Part shown: positions 36,189-48,914 of the stretch, piece by piece
Layout: the number at the start of each line of letters is the position of its first letter
Numbering within the stretch: position 1 is the stretch's first letter
Origin: Octopus vulgaris
Taxonomy: Eukaryota
Length of the DNA stretch: 64,000 bases
Assembly: GCA_951406725.2 (NCBI GenBank)
Contig: OX597823.1
Location: 81,096,001-81,160,000, forward strand
Direction: 5' to 3'
Notes under the pieces: model-generated
Told to the model about the DNA's origin: nothing
Database searches by the model: none
What the model saw: the letters and a program-made list of their open reading frames with translations, nothing else
Program-made: the position numbers and the translations under genes

Positions 36189-38976
36189 ATCTATAATATA
36201 AATTAGACATGGGCATCATTGTATTCTTTCTTGTCTTGAGGTTCACAACCAAATGGCTGTGTGGATTCATGTGAAAAATGGCACACATGTGGAGACAGGT
36301 GCATAGATTGGAATGCGGTTTGCATTTTTTTCCTAGCCCCCCACAGTTACTGAGAAAATCGATTAAAACTTTTTCTAATGGAATTTCCCCACCATTAAAA
36401 CCAGTTGCTCACACAGCTGGCATATACCATTTCGCTAGCAACAAGGGGAGTACAGGATGACAGTCAGCCAAAGCCATACATACATACATGCATATATAAC
36501 CTCTCTCTCCTTTTCTCTGTCAGTCACTCACACATTCACTCACTACAAAAAGTGAATAACAAAATTTCAGTTAACTCTCTCTCAGCCATACATAGATACA
36601 TAAATCTATGTATACATATATACATACATACATAACAACCTGTGTGCGTGTGTCACTGAAGCCATTCATACATACATAACCTCTTCTCTCTCGCTTTTTT
36701 CTCTATCAATCATTCACTACAAAAAGTGAATAAAAAATTTCAGTTATCTCACTCTCTCTTTCTTTCTCTCTCACATACACACACACCAACAACATTACTC
36801 TCTCTGTCTCTTCACACACACTAACAAAAGCAATTCACATACACACTACACATTCTGTCTCGCACACCTCATCAAACACACACACACACACACACACACA
36901 CATCAATTCTTCCGCTTCACACCAACTTCAAAAGAACTTCACTCATATAATCGCGCTCTCTCTGTCTCTTTCGCTTTCACACCGACTTCAAAAGATCCCC
37001 TTTCCACCCAACCCCATATTAAAAAATAAAAACTTTTTACAGAAACCGATAATCTTCAAAAATGTAAATAAACACACATGGTTTATAAGTGACAGTCATG
37101 TGTTCCCATATCGAAAGATCACCCAATGTTTTAATGATTAGACAGAGGTCCAATAGAAACAGACTATGTACTAATTCGCTCCTCACAATGCCTGAAGCTG
37201 TTTTCTGACAAGGGGGAGGGTGTCAGGAAATTTTCATACAGCTGGAGGTTCCAATCGAAACAGGGAACCCGAAATGATAAGGTTGAGAAATGCTGTTATC
37301 AATTATGCCTTTACAGAAGTTAAAATATTTTACAATATTTAACTTCAACACTACTTTTCATATTAGACTTTGCTTTTCATTCTCCAAAGATTGGGGAAAA
37401 AACAAGCACCAGTGATATACCAAGTTTAACTTAAATGACTATATCATCATCATCATCATTTAACGTCCGCTTTCCATGCTGCCAACCACTCCGAGAGTGT
37501 AGTGGGTGATTTTATGTGCCACCGACACAGGTGCCAGACGAGGCTGGCGAACGGCCACGCTTGGATGGTGTTTTTTATGTGCCGTAAAATAATAATCCTT
37601 TCTACTAAAGGCACAAAGCCTGAAATTTGGGGGAGGAGACTAGTTGATTCCATCAATACCAGTGTTTCAGTGGTACTTATTTCATTGACTCCAAAAGTTG
37701 AAAGGCAAAGTCGACCTTGGCAGAATTTGAGCTCAGAATGTGAAGACAGACGAAATACTGCCAAACCTTCCGCCTGGTATGCTAACAATTCTGCCAGCTC
37801 GCCACCTTAATAATAATAATAATAATAATAGTTCCACATTTTGCCAAAGCAATTTTATAGGATGGGATGAGTCAATTAATTGACCCCAGTGTCCAACTGA
37901 TACTTATTTTATTGACCCCAAAAGGATGAAAGGCAATGTCGACAATGGCAGAATTTGAACTCAGAACGTGGAAGATGAGTGAAGTACTACCAAGCATTTC
38001 ACCCAGTGAGCTAATGATTCTGCCAGCTCGCAACCATTAATAATAATGGTGATGATGATGGTTGTGATGTTTTTTCTAAAGAGAAATTGCATTTGTATCA
38101 CATCAAAAAGAAATCAATAATTATTGTATCATATTAGGCACTGGCATGGATGTGAGGTTAAGTTCAATTTGCAACTAAGTGGTTTTAGGTTCAGAGTGGC
38201 TGTGTGTACTAACCACATGGTTCTGGGTTCAGTCCCACTGCGTGGCACCTTGGGCAAGTGCCTTCTACTATAGCGTCGAGCCGACCAAAGCCTTGTGCGT
38301 GGATTTGGTAGACGGAAATTGAAAGAAACCCATCATATATATGTATATGTGTGAGTGTGTATATTTGTGTGTCTGTGTTTGTCCCTCCAACATCGCTTGA
38401 CAACCGATGCTGGTGTGTTTACGTCCCCGTAACTTAGCGGTTTGGCAAAAGAGACTGATAGAATAAGTACTAGGCTTATAAAGAATAAATCCTGGGGTCA
38501 ATTTGCTCGACTAAAGGCAGTGCTCCAGCATGGCCACAGTCAAATGACTGAAACAAGTAAAAGAGAGTCCCACTGTGCAGCACATTGGGCAAATATCTTC
38601 TACAATGCCATGTGAGAGACTTTGGTAAACAGAAACTGTGTGGAAGCTCATGACAGCTTTGCACCACTCAGGCAACAACTATCCAACCCATAAGCCTGTT
38701 TGGGTAGCCGTTGCTGGTGAAGATTTCATGAAGTCAGAGTGTAAATCCTACCTCAATGTTGGATCTTTGACATGCTGTAGAAAATTAGCAAAGTAGAAAA
38801 TTAAAGCTATTCTGTTTAAAATAAGGTGTAGCTCAATTTGACCAACCTCTTAAGCTGTAGTTATAGTCATTATTGATTGGTTATTACTACTTTGTAAATG
38901 GTAACTGAAACATTTTCTGGCTTTGAAGAAGAAACGAAATCTCTATGGAGCAGTTTTGGCAAAGTTATTATATAAA

Positions 38977-39223
38977 CAAGGATGGGCAAAAGTCACCTGA
39001 CAGTAAATCAAAACCCATATAATTACAAGATTAAAACCAAAACTTATTTTATAAGACTTTGCTAATAAATAGACAAATGTTGAAAAAAAAAAAAAAAGAA
39101 AACTGATTTTTAACTCACAGCATTCAATTATTAAACATTCATAATTGGAAGGAATAAATGAAATTGAATATTAAGTATTTATGGAATTTTGACTTATTGT
39201 CAGGTGACTTTTAGCCAACCTTG
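38977..39223. mobile_element. Tc1/mariner-type MITE
   Basis: ~37-bp TIRs CAAGG(A/T)TGG..AAAAGTCACCTGACA(G/A)TAA.TCAAAA; TA at the right junction. Confidence 0.7.
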
Positions 39224-39909
39224 TATATGTATGTAAGAGGCCAACTTGAAAAACCAGAGGTTGTAAGGCCTAGTACTTGTGAAATCTTTCAGGATTTTAA
39301 CTGTTGTTTGTGCATAAGTGGAGTGTTGCCTAAGAGTGCTTTCTCATAAGAGCAACAATTGTATCAGGGTAACAATCAACAAGTCTAGGTTGACTTGTCT
39401 CCATTTAAGGATGTATCAAGATCCTTATCCACAGAAGTGGTGTAAGCCAGGCATGAGTTAAGGTTACAATAAATGGTGACAAGAAAGGCTGAGTTTCTGG
39501 TCTAGTTTTTTTTTATATAATCATAAAACAATCTTGCTTAAAAGTAGCAAACAGAAGATCAACGTCAAATTCAATATAATGAATCAGAATATGTTGCATC
39601 GGTGAAATTAACACCACTATTTTTAAATGCTTGGAATTTTTCCATTAACATCCTGAATATTTAGTCAAGCTTGTCATGTAATATATATCTGTAGCCTTGT
39701 CAATGGGGAATCTCTCTAAAGCAAAATCAGTATTTTAATCAGTGTCAATGAGGGTGGGGAAATGCACTGGCAGACGTGTTAGACGTCACAAAATAGGATT
39801 TTCTGAAAATTAAACTGTGGTTTAATATTTCATTATACTTAACTTTATCCTGCAAAACAACAATACTTATAGTATGATCTAATTATATATAAGAAACCAG
39901 AATATGTTC

Positions 39910-40319
39910 TCTTTACTCTTTACTCTTTTACTTGTTTCAGTCATTTGACTGCGGCCATGCTGGAGCACCGCCTTTAGTCGAGCAAATCGACCCCGGGACT
40001 TATTCTTTGTAAGCCCAGTACTTATTCTATCGGTCTCTTTTGCCGAACCGCTAAGTGACGGGGACGTAAACACACCAGCATCGGTTGTCAAGCAATGCTA
40101 GGGGGACAAACACAGACACACAAACACACACATATATATATATATATATATACATATGACAGGCTTCTTTCAGTTTCCGTCTACCAAATCCACTCACAAG
40201 GCATTGGTTGGCCCGGGGCTATAGCAGGAGACACTTGCCCAAGATGCCACGCAGTGGGAGTGAACCCGGAACCATGTGGTTGGTTAGCAATCTACTTACC
40301 ACACAGCCACTCCTGCGCC
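39910..40319 (-). mobile_element. tRNA-derived SINE family A (CORE-like), representative young copy
   Basis: A/B-box head (GTGGCTGTGTGG…GGTTCA.TCC), CTTGGGCAAGTG core, internal (TA/TG)n and (GAGTAAAA)n-like tail. Other copies at 10816-11212(+), 15367-15765(-), 15815-16242(+), 24125-24539(-), 25386-25712(+), 38195-38566(+), 49215-49640(-), 59898-60334(-). Confidence 0.9.
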
Positions 40320-40580
40320 TATATTATTAAGTTTTTTTAAATGTTTAGTTCAGGTTTAAGAGGTAAAACATGAATAAGTAGAAACATAAGAGATTGGTAG
40401 AATGAAAGATAGGCTGAACACACGTATCAAATGGAAAATAGCAAAATCTATCAAATAAATACAAGAGAGGGGTAGGGAAAAATAATAGGTTATACTTGAG
40501 GAACACCTTTTAAAACTTTTCATTGTAAATTTCCACAATTATTAATATACATACAATGTTCTCTGGTTAATTAAATTTAA

Positions 40581-40800
40581 CCCTTTAGCATTCAATTTAT
40601 TCTGTCAAATGTGACATTTTTACAATCACATTGTTTTTAATTAATCATGCTTTATCTCGTAGCTTTGAAATTTTGAATATGCGATAGTATATTTTTAGAA
40701 TGGTATTGAAGGGTAGGTTTGATTGGCTGGATTTGGCTAGTTAGAACATAAAACAAGTAGCATATTTGGGCTGGATATGGCCAGTTTAAATGTTAAAGGG
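40581..40800. mobile_element. piggyBac-type MITE
   Basis: TTAA-CCCTTTAGCATT…AATGTTAAAGGG termini; ends resemble those of the 47072 element. Further copies near 16880-17082 and 30925-31145. Confidence 0.75.
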
Positions 40801-41009
40801 TAAAAAGATTTTACAATAGTTGTCACCTTTTTCTTAATTTTGTATTTGCTTTGCAAGATTCTTGATGTGAATTTGTGTGTTGAAATAAATTTTTATTGTC
40901 TTGGGAGAGTCATTATGCTAATAACACATGCACTGGTTCAATTCCACTTCTTTATTGTTAGTCAATTGGTTAAATATCTAATGAGCTAACTAGTCAATCT
41001 TTTGTTTAA

Positions 41010-41224
41010 CCCTTTAGCATTTAAAATAGCCATATCTGGCCCAAATATTTTCACTGTTTTATGCTCAAACTGGCCAGATATAACCTGTCACACCTACAAT
41101 CCCATTCTAAAAATAAACAATCACATCATTGAAATTTTGAAGCTACATGATACTGCATGATTAATTGCAAACAATATGTATAAATAAGCTTTTCATCTGA
41201 CAGAGTAATTTGAACACTAAAGAG
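41010..41224. mobile_element. piggyBac-type MITE, inverted relative to 40581-40800
   Basis: Flanked by TTAA (41006-41009, 41225-41228). Sequence is an imperfect reverse complement of the 40581 copy. Confidence 0.78.
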
Positions 41225-42449
41225 TTAACGTGCGAGTTAAACAATCACTTGTTTGTTAGTAAAAGTTATTTTGTTGCTATTTTTGACCTTTCCAATGACT
41301 TAGTGACTTCCACTGCAGCTCCAAGGTTTGCTCTGTTATATTTTTAGTGAGATTAAAGCAAAAAACTAGAAGTATTGTTACGCTGACCAAGCCCACCCTG
41401 GGTATTACTGCAAGATTTACTAGTTGGCGCTTTAGATAGAGAGAAAACAAGGTCTGAAATAGTATATCTTGTGGTTTACATCAGGTACTCAATGTAATCA
41501 GATGGTTGGCCTTTTCTCTATGATAGATCAAGTAATAACATAGATCATATGTCAACTATTGTGTTCATACTTCTAGGAGGTTGTTTACATACAGAATTAA
41601 ATGAGGGGTACTCTGTACATCAAACACATGTGTCAATGGTCAGTTAAGTTAATCAGGCGGGAAAAAAAATTACAATTTAATAAGAAACATAACTTTGAAT
41701 AAACAATAATTTTTTCCATTTTATTTTTAATGGTTTGGTTTGGAGGAAGGCATGTGAAGAGCACTCAAATTGACAGCAGCAGGAAAAAACTCCATGGGTA
41801 GCAAATAAACTGCAGAAGGTTGATGTTGAAGAGAGAAAAAAGCAGACCAAATGGTAAGTACATGACTGGGGGTGCAGGGTGGACACACGATGGATTGAGA
41901 TTAGCCATCCAGATGTAAAAATAGCATTTCATTGTAGAGGCTTTCCCTTGAACTTTGTATGGATAGATTTTTACGTCTCTTCACCAAATTGGGGTTCAAC
42001 AAGATGCTGTTATGCTGGTGTCTTGGTTTTACAGAACAAACAGCATGATGAATATTATTATAGTGGGCATGGTTTGTGCAGAGCCAATCCCACTCTTATA
42101 TCCTTCAAACTTGTATTGGTCTGGTACAATAAGTGCCACGAGCCAATAATTACTAGGGTGCAGGATCTGTATGAAGCTACCTTATCTTAGATGATCATCA
42201 AAAGGGCTGAAAGGGCTCATCTAGACTAGATCCATTAGAGTACCTTCTGGAGGGAATTCTCTGACATACTAATTAACCCACAGCTGGGACCCTGACAAAT
42301 GCTATTACTTGAGGTAAGAGGAAGGCCTGGGGACAATAATAGCTACGAGGTGGTTCCACACTCCTTAAAGTACCTACAACTTCTGAATTGGAGCTCCACT
42401 ATGGGATGCAGTTTAAAGTTATACTCTGGACAAAGAGCTTTGCATAGAA

Positions 42450-43030
42450 TCAGTGTGACAGTTGAAAGCTGAAGTGTTTTCTGCCAATTTTTGCCATGTT
42501 GAGGATGTGACATCATCTGGAAAAATTATCATTAATGGAGAGGACTAGCAGTTACAGTGACTTTAAAGGTTCTAGCAGCATGTTCTTCATATTTGGGGAT
42601 GAAGTACAAGAAGGGGGTCCTTGAAATGTGCAATGAGGATATATTCATGCTGTCAAAAGGAGTCAAACCTGGATATAACAACACTGGAGAATGTTTTTGA
42701 AGGTTCTATTCATGAAATTATTGCAGGTTTAGAGTGAGGTGCCTACATTGCATGTAGATGATGCTTGAGTACAGAAGGTGAAAGAAAGAAGGATATCATC
42801 TGCATAGGAAGTGGGAATTGTTTAAGATGAAGAAAGGTCGTTGGTGTACAGGAGGGAGAGTGTAGTAGACAATACTGAATCCTTGGGAACTTCAGAGTTG
42901 ACAGAGTTTGCATCTGAAAGGTTTTCATCAGCACACACAGTAATGACGAGACCTAACTAGAAGCTTCCAATTCAAATGATTAGATGCAAATGAAGTCCAT
43001 GGTCAGACAGAATCATATTGAAACCTTTTT
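42450..43030 (-). mobile_element. Degenerate non-LTR retrotransposon (CR1/L2/Jockey-type) reverse-transcriptase remnant
   Basis: Minus strand VPKDSVLSTTLSLLYTNDL (canonical VPQGSVLSP.LF.LYINDL) starting at 42890, followed by YADD at 42806-42795. Boundaries approximate. Confidence 0.75.
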
Positions 43031-43037
43031 TAATTAA

Positions 43038-43253
43038 CCCTTTTGAGATCAACTCACCTGAGACTGCCCTTGGTTATACAATACAAACTTCTCATTTTGA
43101 AGTGATCTAAATCAAAACCTTCCATCAAAATTTCAAATTAATTTGTGTCCATAATACCAGCTTAATAAAGTTATTTTACTAAATTTTTCTTTAGCTTCAA
43201 AATTAATTAAAACAAAGGCAGTGCATTTCAATGGAAATATGGTAACAAAAGAT
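43038..43253. mobile_element. Second piggyBac-type MITE family (other copies about 19432-19645 and 50641-50872)
   Basis: TTAA-CCCTTTTGA…GGTAACAAAAG..-TTAA termini and shared internal sequence among three copies. Confidence 0.65.
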
Positions 43254-45769
43254 TTAAAAGAACCACACAAGCAAAACAATATCAGTCAGTCAATTTAAGG
43301 TTCACAAATACTGCTTCTTGAGAAAACAACAGATCTAACACAGTGTTGAATTCATGATAACAGTCATACTGCTGATGGAGAGGAAAACAAAGAAGGCAGA
43401 TAAAAAAAAAATGAATGAATGCCAAAGGCTGATTCAAAATTTGCTTTGCAATGGAAGACAAAGTATAAGTTTATCATTTAAAACCAACTGGTTAAAATAT
43501 AAACCTAAATAAAATTAACATCCTATGCTAATTCAATTAATATATGCTATAAATTGATATAATAGATATATAGCAGTGCAAAAGCTAGAGCCAGTTAAGA
43601 AATATAGTGAGAATATATATATATATGTGCTGAGACCCCCTTCAGTCACAACACAGACCATGGGATTGCACCTAGAAAGTTACCCTCCCAGGTACAAGTC
43701 TGGGCAAGGTTGTTTACAGAAGACCAGCAGTTGCCCATGCATACCAGCCTCCTCTCTCCACACCACCAATGTTATCGAAGGGAAAGGCAAAGGCCGATAC
43801 AGCTTGGCACCTGTGATGTCACAACTCATTTCTACAGCTGAGTGAACCGGAGCAATGTAAAATAAAGTGTCTTACTCAAGAACACAACATGCATCCCGGT
43901 CCAGGATTCAAACTCACAACCTCACGATTGTAAGCTTGACGCTCTAACCACTGAGCCATGCGCCTTCACACACACATATAAATATATATATGATGATTAG
44001 TTTGCTCCACAATTATGTGATTTGGGGTTCACTCCCACTGCTTGGCACACGTCTTCTGCTATATCCCCAGGCCAAGCAATGCCTTGTAAGCGGTTTTGGT
44101 AGATGGAAATAAAAAAAGACCTGTCAGTGTGTGTGTGTGTGTGTGTGTTTGTCTTGGCATTGTCCAAGGTTCCACAGAAGCAGACTGAACCCAAACCATG
44201 TAATTGAGAAGTTTTGTAGCTGCACGACCATGCCTGCACCTTTCACTACATCACTGCCCATCACAGGTGGGGAGAGATAAGTGGAAAATTAAATTATAAT
44301 GAATACATAATGAATTATAATGAATATTATAATGAAGACATAAACATTTATAACAATTACATTGTAGAAGAGTTATAACAGTGATTTAAACATACACACA
44401 CACGCCATAATATTCACGTTGTATAATATAAAATGTAAAGAAATATTTGCCAAGTCATCTATAAACTGATCAGTGACACTATGAGAGAGTGTGAAATATA
44501 TTTAGCATTAGTCAAAACTTTGGATACACATGAGTGAATATCTGTCTTAAAGATATTATAAACTAACACTTTATTACTGAAATTTTGAAGGAAAAAAAGT
44601 GTTTGAAAGACAAATGTAAATTTAGATAATACCAGCAAATATGATTAATTTCAAACCAAAAATGTTCACTTTTTAGGGTAGAGCCATTATCTTGTATGGT
44701 GACCAGTTTGGCTTAAAGTTTAAATCAAACTGATTTTTGTCAATGTTATTGATACAAATAAAGTTTGATAGTTATTTTTTAAAAAATCACTGTTTTGCAA
44801 TGAAATAAAAAGTTTACATAAGGTGGCTTTCATTGTAAATCAAAACCAGGATGTAGATTAGGTTTGTCATGTGAATAACAAAAAAAAAACATAACAATGA
44901 TGATAATGAAGATAGGGTGATTTTTATCTTTAGTCTATGTGTGGGCAAAAATGTTTCCCATTAAGGGGAAGGCAAACGTGATGAAATGTAGCACCCTTGA
45001 TTATTTTTGCAAGGCCCTCAAAACTGCTGAGATAAAAGGAGAGAGAATCTCATAGCTTCTTTACTGAGAAAAAACTGGTCCAAATGTCTGCAACAGAGCA
45101 AACTCTTCTAAAGATGAGTTGCCTCACCACTTGGCAGAAAGATCAAGTAGTAAGCAACAAGTAAACCCTACCACCAAAGTACATATTAACCTGAAAACAT
45201 TGGATTTCCCCCCCTCCCTACATTAACACAAGGTGCCGAAACTTGTAGGACAAGATCTAGGTAATTGAATTGATCCAAACACTCTACCTGCTATGATATA
45301 TTCTAACTGAATACATCAGAGGGATGAAAAGCAAAGCCAACAACACAAGCAGAATCTAAACATAAAATGCAAAGGAACAAAACTGTACATTGAAAGGCAT
45401 TCAATCTGGTCCCCTACTGTCTTCACTGCTCTAACTCAATATTCGTAGAAGAGGGATTCTGTATACAATTGGTATTGGTTTTTATTTTGACTAGAGGGAT
45501 CAACAGGGGTAAAAATAATTAAGGTTTGAATACAGACACTTCACAGTACTTAACTTAGTAATCTATTGTATCTGCCATTCTGTTACCCTCTCTTTCTAGA
45601 TATACAGGTTTATCTTGTTCCTAGGTAAACTTATGTGCATCTAGGAACAAGGCCTCAGAATGACAGGACAATGAGAATGCATGATTCTCATACTTTTCTC
45701 AGATAGTTTCAAAAGAAAATTGAAACAAGATTGAGGAACAATAAAGAATTACTGAAAATAAATAAATTT

Positions 45770-46118
45770 TATGGGTGACCTGCTGTGCTTGAGGAGGCCT
45801 ATTGAGTCAAGTACATCAACATCAAAATAAATATCAAATGGATATTGTAGTTGTGATACCTGTGCTGGTGGAACGTAAAAAGCACCATCTGTACGTGGCC
45901 GATCCCAGCGCCACCTTGACTGGCTTCTGTGCCGTTGGCACGTAAAAAGCACCCACTACACTCACGGAGTGGTTGGCTTTAGGAAGGGGATCCAGGTGTA
46001 GAAACATTGCCAGATCAGACTGGAGGCTGGTGCAGGCTCCTGGCTTCCCAGACCCCTGGTCGAACCGTCCAACCCGTGCTAGCATGGAAAACGGACATTA
46101 AACGATGATGATGATGAT
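45770..46118 (+). mobile_element. RTE-type retroelement 3' tail (non-autonomous) ending in (GAT)n
   Basis: …GGAAGGG.ATCCAG.TGTAGAAAC…CCAACCC.TGC.AGCATGGAAAACGGAC.TTAAACGATGATGATG. Many decayed copies, e.g. 1020-1235, 3040-3195, 10440-10595, 56270-56430, 57610-57780, 63220-63530. Confidence 0.7.
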
Positions 46119-47071
46119 TAGAGGTTGCATTATCTTAGCCTTTGAAGAATGCCACTCCACTGGCTAGGTGAGCAGACCAACATTCCCCTTGATAAGAAGA
46201 CTATTCCTCAACAGGGCTACCTATTTACAACTGAGTGGGTTGGTGCAACATGAAATGAAGCATTTTGCTCAAGAACACAATAAATACCACCCAGTCCAGG
46301 AATCAAGCCTGCGATTTAGCAGTCATAAGTCCAACACCATAACTACTAGGCCACGTGCCTTCACAGTATCAGTAACAGCAGTTTTGAATTACTGACAAAC
46401 CACAACAGAAGCAGGTTTCCCAACATTTGGAAACTGTATCAACTACTCTATTGTAAAACTAGCAGAAAGGGCAAGGAAGGTTGGTAAATGTCAGTGTATG
46501 ATAATCTAGGAAAACAGCAAGAATAGCTCAACTTTGTAGAGAGAAACACAAAGTTATTCTCATTTTAAAATGCAAAAGGTCAGTCAACCAATTCATTTAT
46601 TTTTAAAAATGTAAGTTTTTAAGCAGTCACCAAAATTAAAGGTTTTTTTTTATAGGTTATGTTCATATTATTTGTACATATGCTTTGTAACAAATATACT
46701 AAAAAGTGTTAAATTCTACACAAAATAAAAAATGATATACATTTGTTTGAAACCAGATCAAGGTTTACAGGCTTCATGCACAATTTTACCTAATCAGGTA
46801 ATCATACAAATTTGATTTAGGGCCTAGCCTCAAATTATCTTATTCTCAGATTTCCAACAGACAGAGCTGTATAAACAAACATTAGTGTGTCTGACCAACT
46901 GTCTTTAAATAATGTATCTATCAATTCTGCATTGAAGCCTCATAGAGAATGAACTTGTTTCCCCATCCTTCTAGAATGGATAAAAATAAGTAACAGCCTT
47001 GTACCAGAAAGAGTGAATAGCCAACACAATCAACTCTACTATTTCCCTACAAATGTGCAATCTCGTGTTAA

Positions 47072-48914
47072 CCCTTTAGTGTCCAGACCAGCCAAAACCA
47101 GCCCAAAATTCCCTGTTATTTGTTTGAATTGGCCAAATCCAGTCATATCTGATTCCTCTATGAAATCGCTAAAAAAAAAACAAATCACGTTACTGGATTC
47201 TCGTAGCTTCGAGATATGAGATAAAGCCTTTCCTGCTTTTATTCAAGTAAAAATACCGTGAAATTTTTGAGACTTTTTGGTTTTTCCTATATTTGAAGAG
47301 AAGTGAAAATATTAGTTTTTAATGATTTGGCATCAGAAAGTAATGATTCCAACTTTGAAGGTTTTACTGATGATGATGCTGTACAAAATATAAACGAAAA
47401 CAAGTGATTTGCCTTTGGATGAAGCTGATATTTATGAATCTTCTTCGCATGAGCAAGATTTTGGTAAAGAAAATGATGAAAATAATATTGAAAACATTAC
47501 AGCAATATGGTTGAAGATTACTACATCAACCACAATTCCCGATTTCACAAAAAAGACTGGTCAACAACACAGTCTACTTCGTAGTGCTCAACCAATGGAC
47601 TATTTATTTTCATTTTTTAGTGAAAAGTTCTTTTGAAACAGTTGCAGAAGAAACAAATAAATATGCTCAACAGATAATTTCTATTTGTAGAAGACCTGAT
47701 CCACTATGGTAGTCAACTAATACTGCAGAAATCTGAGGGTTTTTTTTTTACTATAAACATTATGTTTGGTGTCAAGCAATTTCCTCAACTGTGGAACTAC
47801 TGGAGTTTGATATAAGGTATGGTGATCCACATAACTCCAGTATTATGTCTAACAACTATAGTTAATTCATATATTGTTTATATAAAAAGCCACAAGATAC
47901 CTCCACCACTAAAGGACTATGACCATTTGAAATTTCGGGTTGACATCACATCTCAGTTACGTGAGGGCATCTCTTCCAGAAAGCACAGAACTGGGAGAAA
48001 ATCAAAATTAACTGAGGTTGATGTCAACAGAGAAAATATTGACTTCCATAAAGTGGGAAAAATAAATGGAACGGAAAAAGTTTGCAGACTGTGTTCGCTG
48101 CAAAAAAGGAAAATTGCAAAAGGATATCAGGTCGCGACATCATATATGTATTCGTTTTGCAAAGTGCCCTTGTATAAAGGGTGCATTGGACAGTTTCATG
48201 ATAGAAATAGGGCATAACTATATTTGGTTGTTTGATTGTAATACTTTCATATATTCCTTTCATTTTATTACAAATAATACGTGAAAGTGAAAGATACATA
48301 TTAATTTTCAGTATGTCACACAACAGTATTCACCTTTGTATTACCTGTTAATGAGCTTTTTTTTATTAGATGCATTCTGTTATGTAAATGTATTCATTAA
48401 ATTGTATAAGAGTACATAGCCAATGGTTTATTGACTAGTAAAAGAGATTTGTACTATATTTTCAATGAAAATGTTTGAATGAAATATAGAGAAAGAATAA
48501 AATTTTGTACTGATTATATCTGTATTTTAATTAATTCAAATTAATGTATCTCATATTGAAAATTGGCAAAATTATTGGCAGTTCACACCTGGGATAGTTT
48601 TAGTACCAAATCAAACAGGTAAGCTGCATTAACGATTGTAATTTTAGTGTTTGTCCATAATGTTATTGCTTTTACACCTGTTAATTAAATTTACCTGCCC
48701 ATAAAAGTCAAATTTTATCAGAAAGATCAGTTAAAATTACATAACTATAAACCACTGGTATATAAGCACCCACTGACAAAATTTCAAATCTGTATGTAAA
48801 AAAAATTGAAGTTAGAAGCAAATATTGTGGTCACCACACTTGAACCTGAAATAATTCAAAATTATGCGAACAAATAAGCATTATATTTGACGGATTAATC
48901 TGAACACTGAAGGG
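47072..48914 (+). mobile_element. Internally deleted piggyBac DNA transposon
   Basis: TTAA at 47068-47071 and 48915-48918. TIRs CCCTTTAGTGTCCAGA / TCTGAACACTGAAGGG. Transposase remnants: acidic N-terminus (SNFEGF), ETVAEETNKYAQQ…NYWS, and C-terminal IVNSYIVY…LKFRVDITSQL…CRLCS…CKVPL. Stops, frameshifts, and no catalytic DDD core. Confidence 0.88.

Noticed and set aside
47819-48217. 132-aa ORF as a host zinc-finger gene or domesticated PGBD
   Set aside because: It sits inside a TIR/TTAA-bounded element whose other transposase parts have stops and a large deletion, and its Cys-rich motif is itself degenerate.
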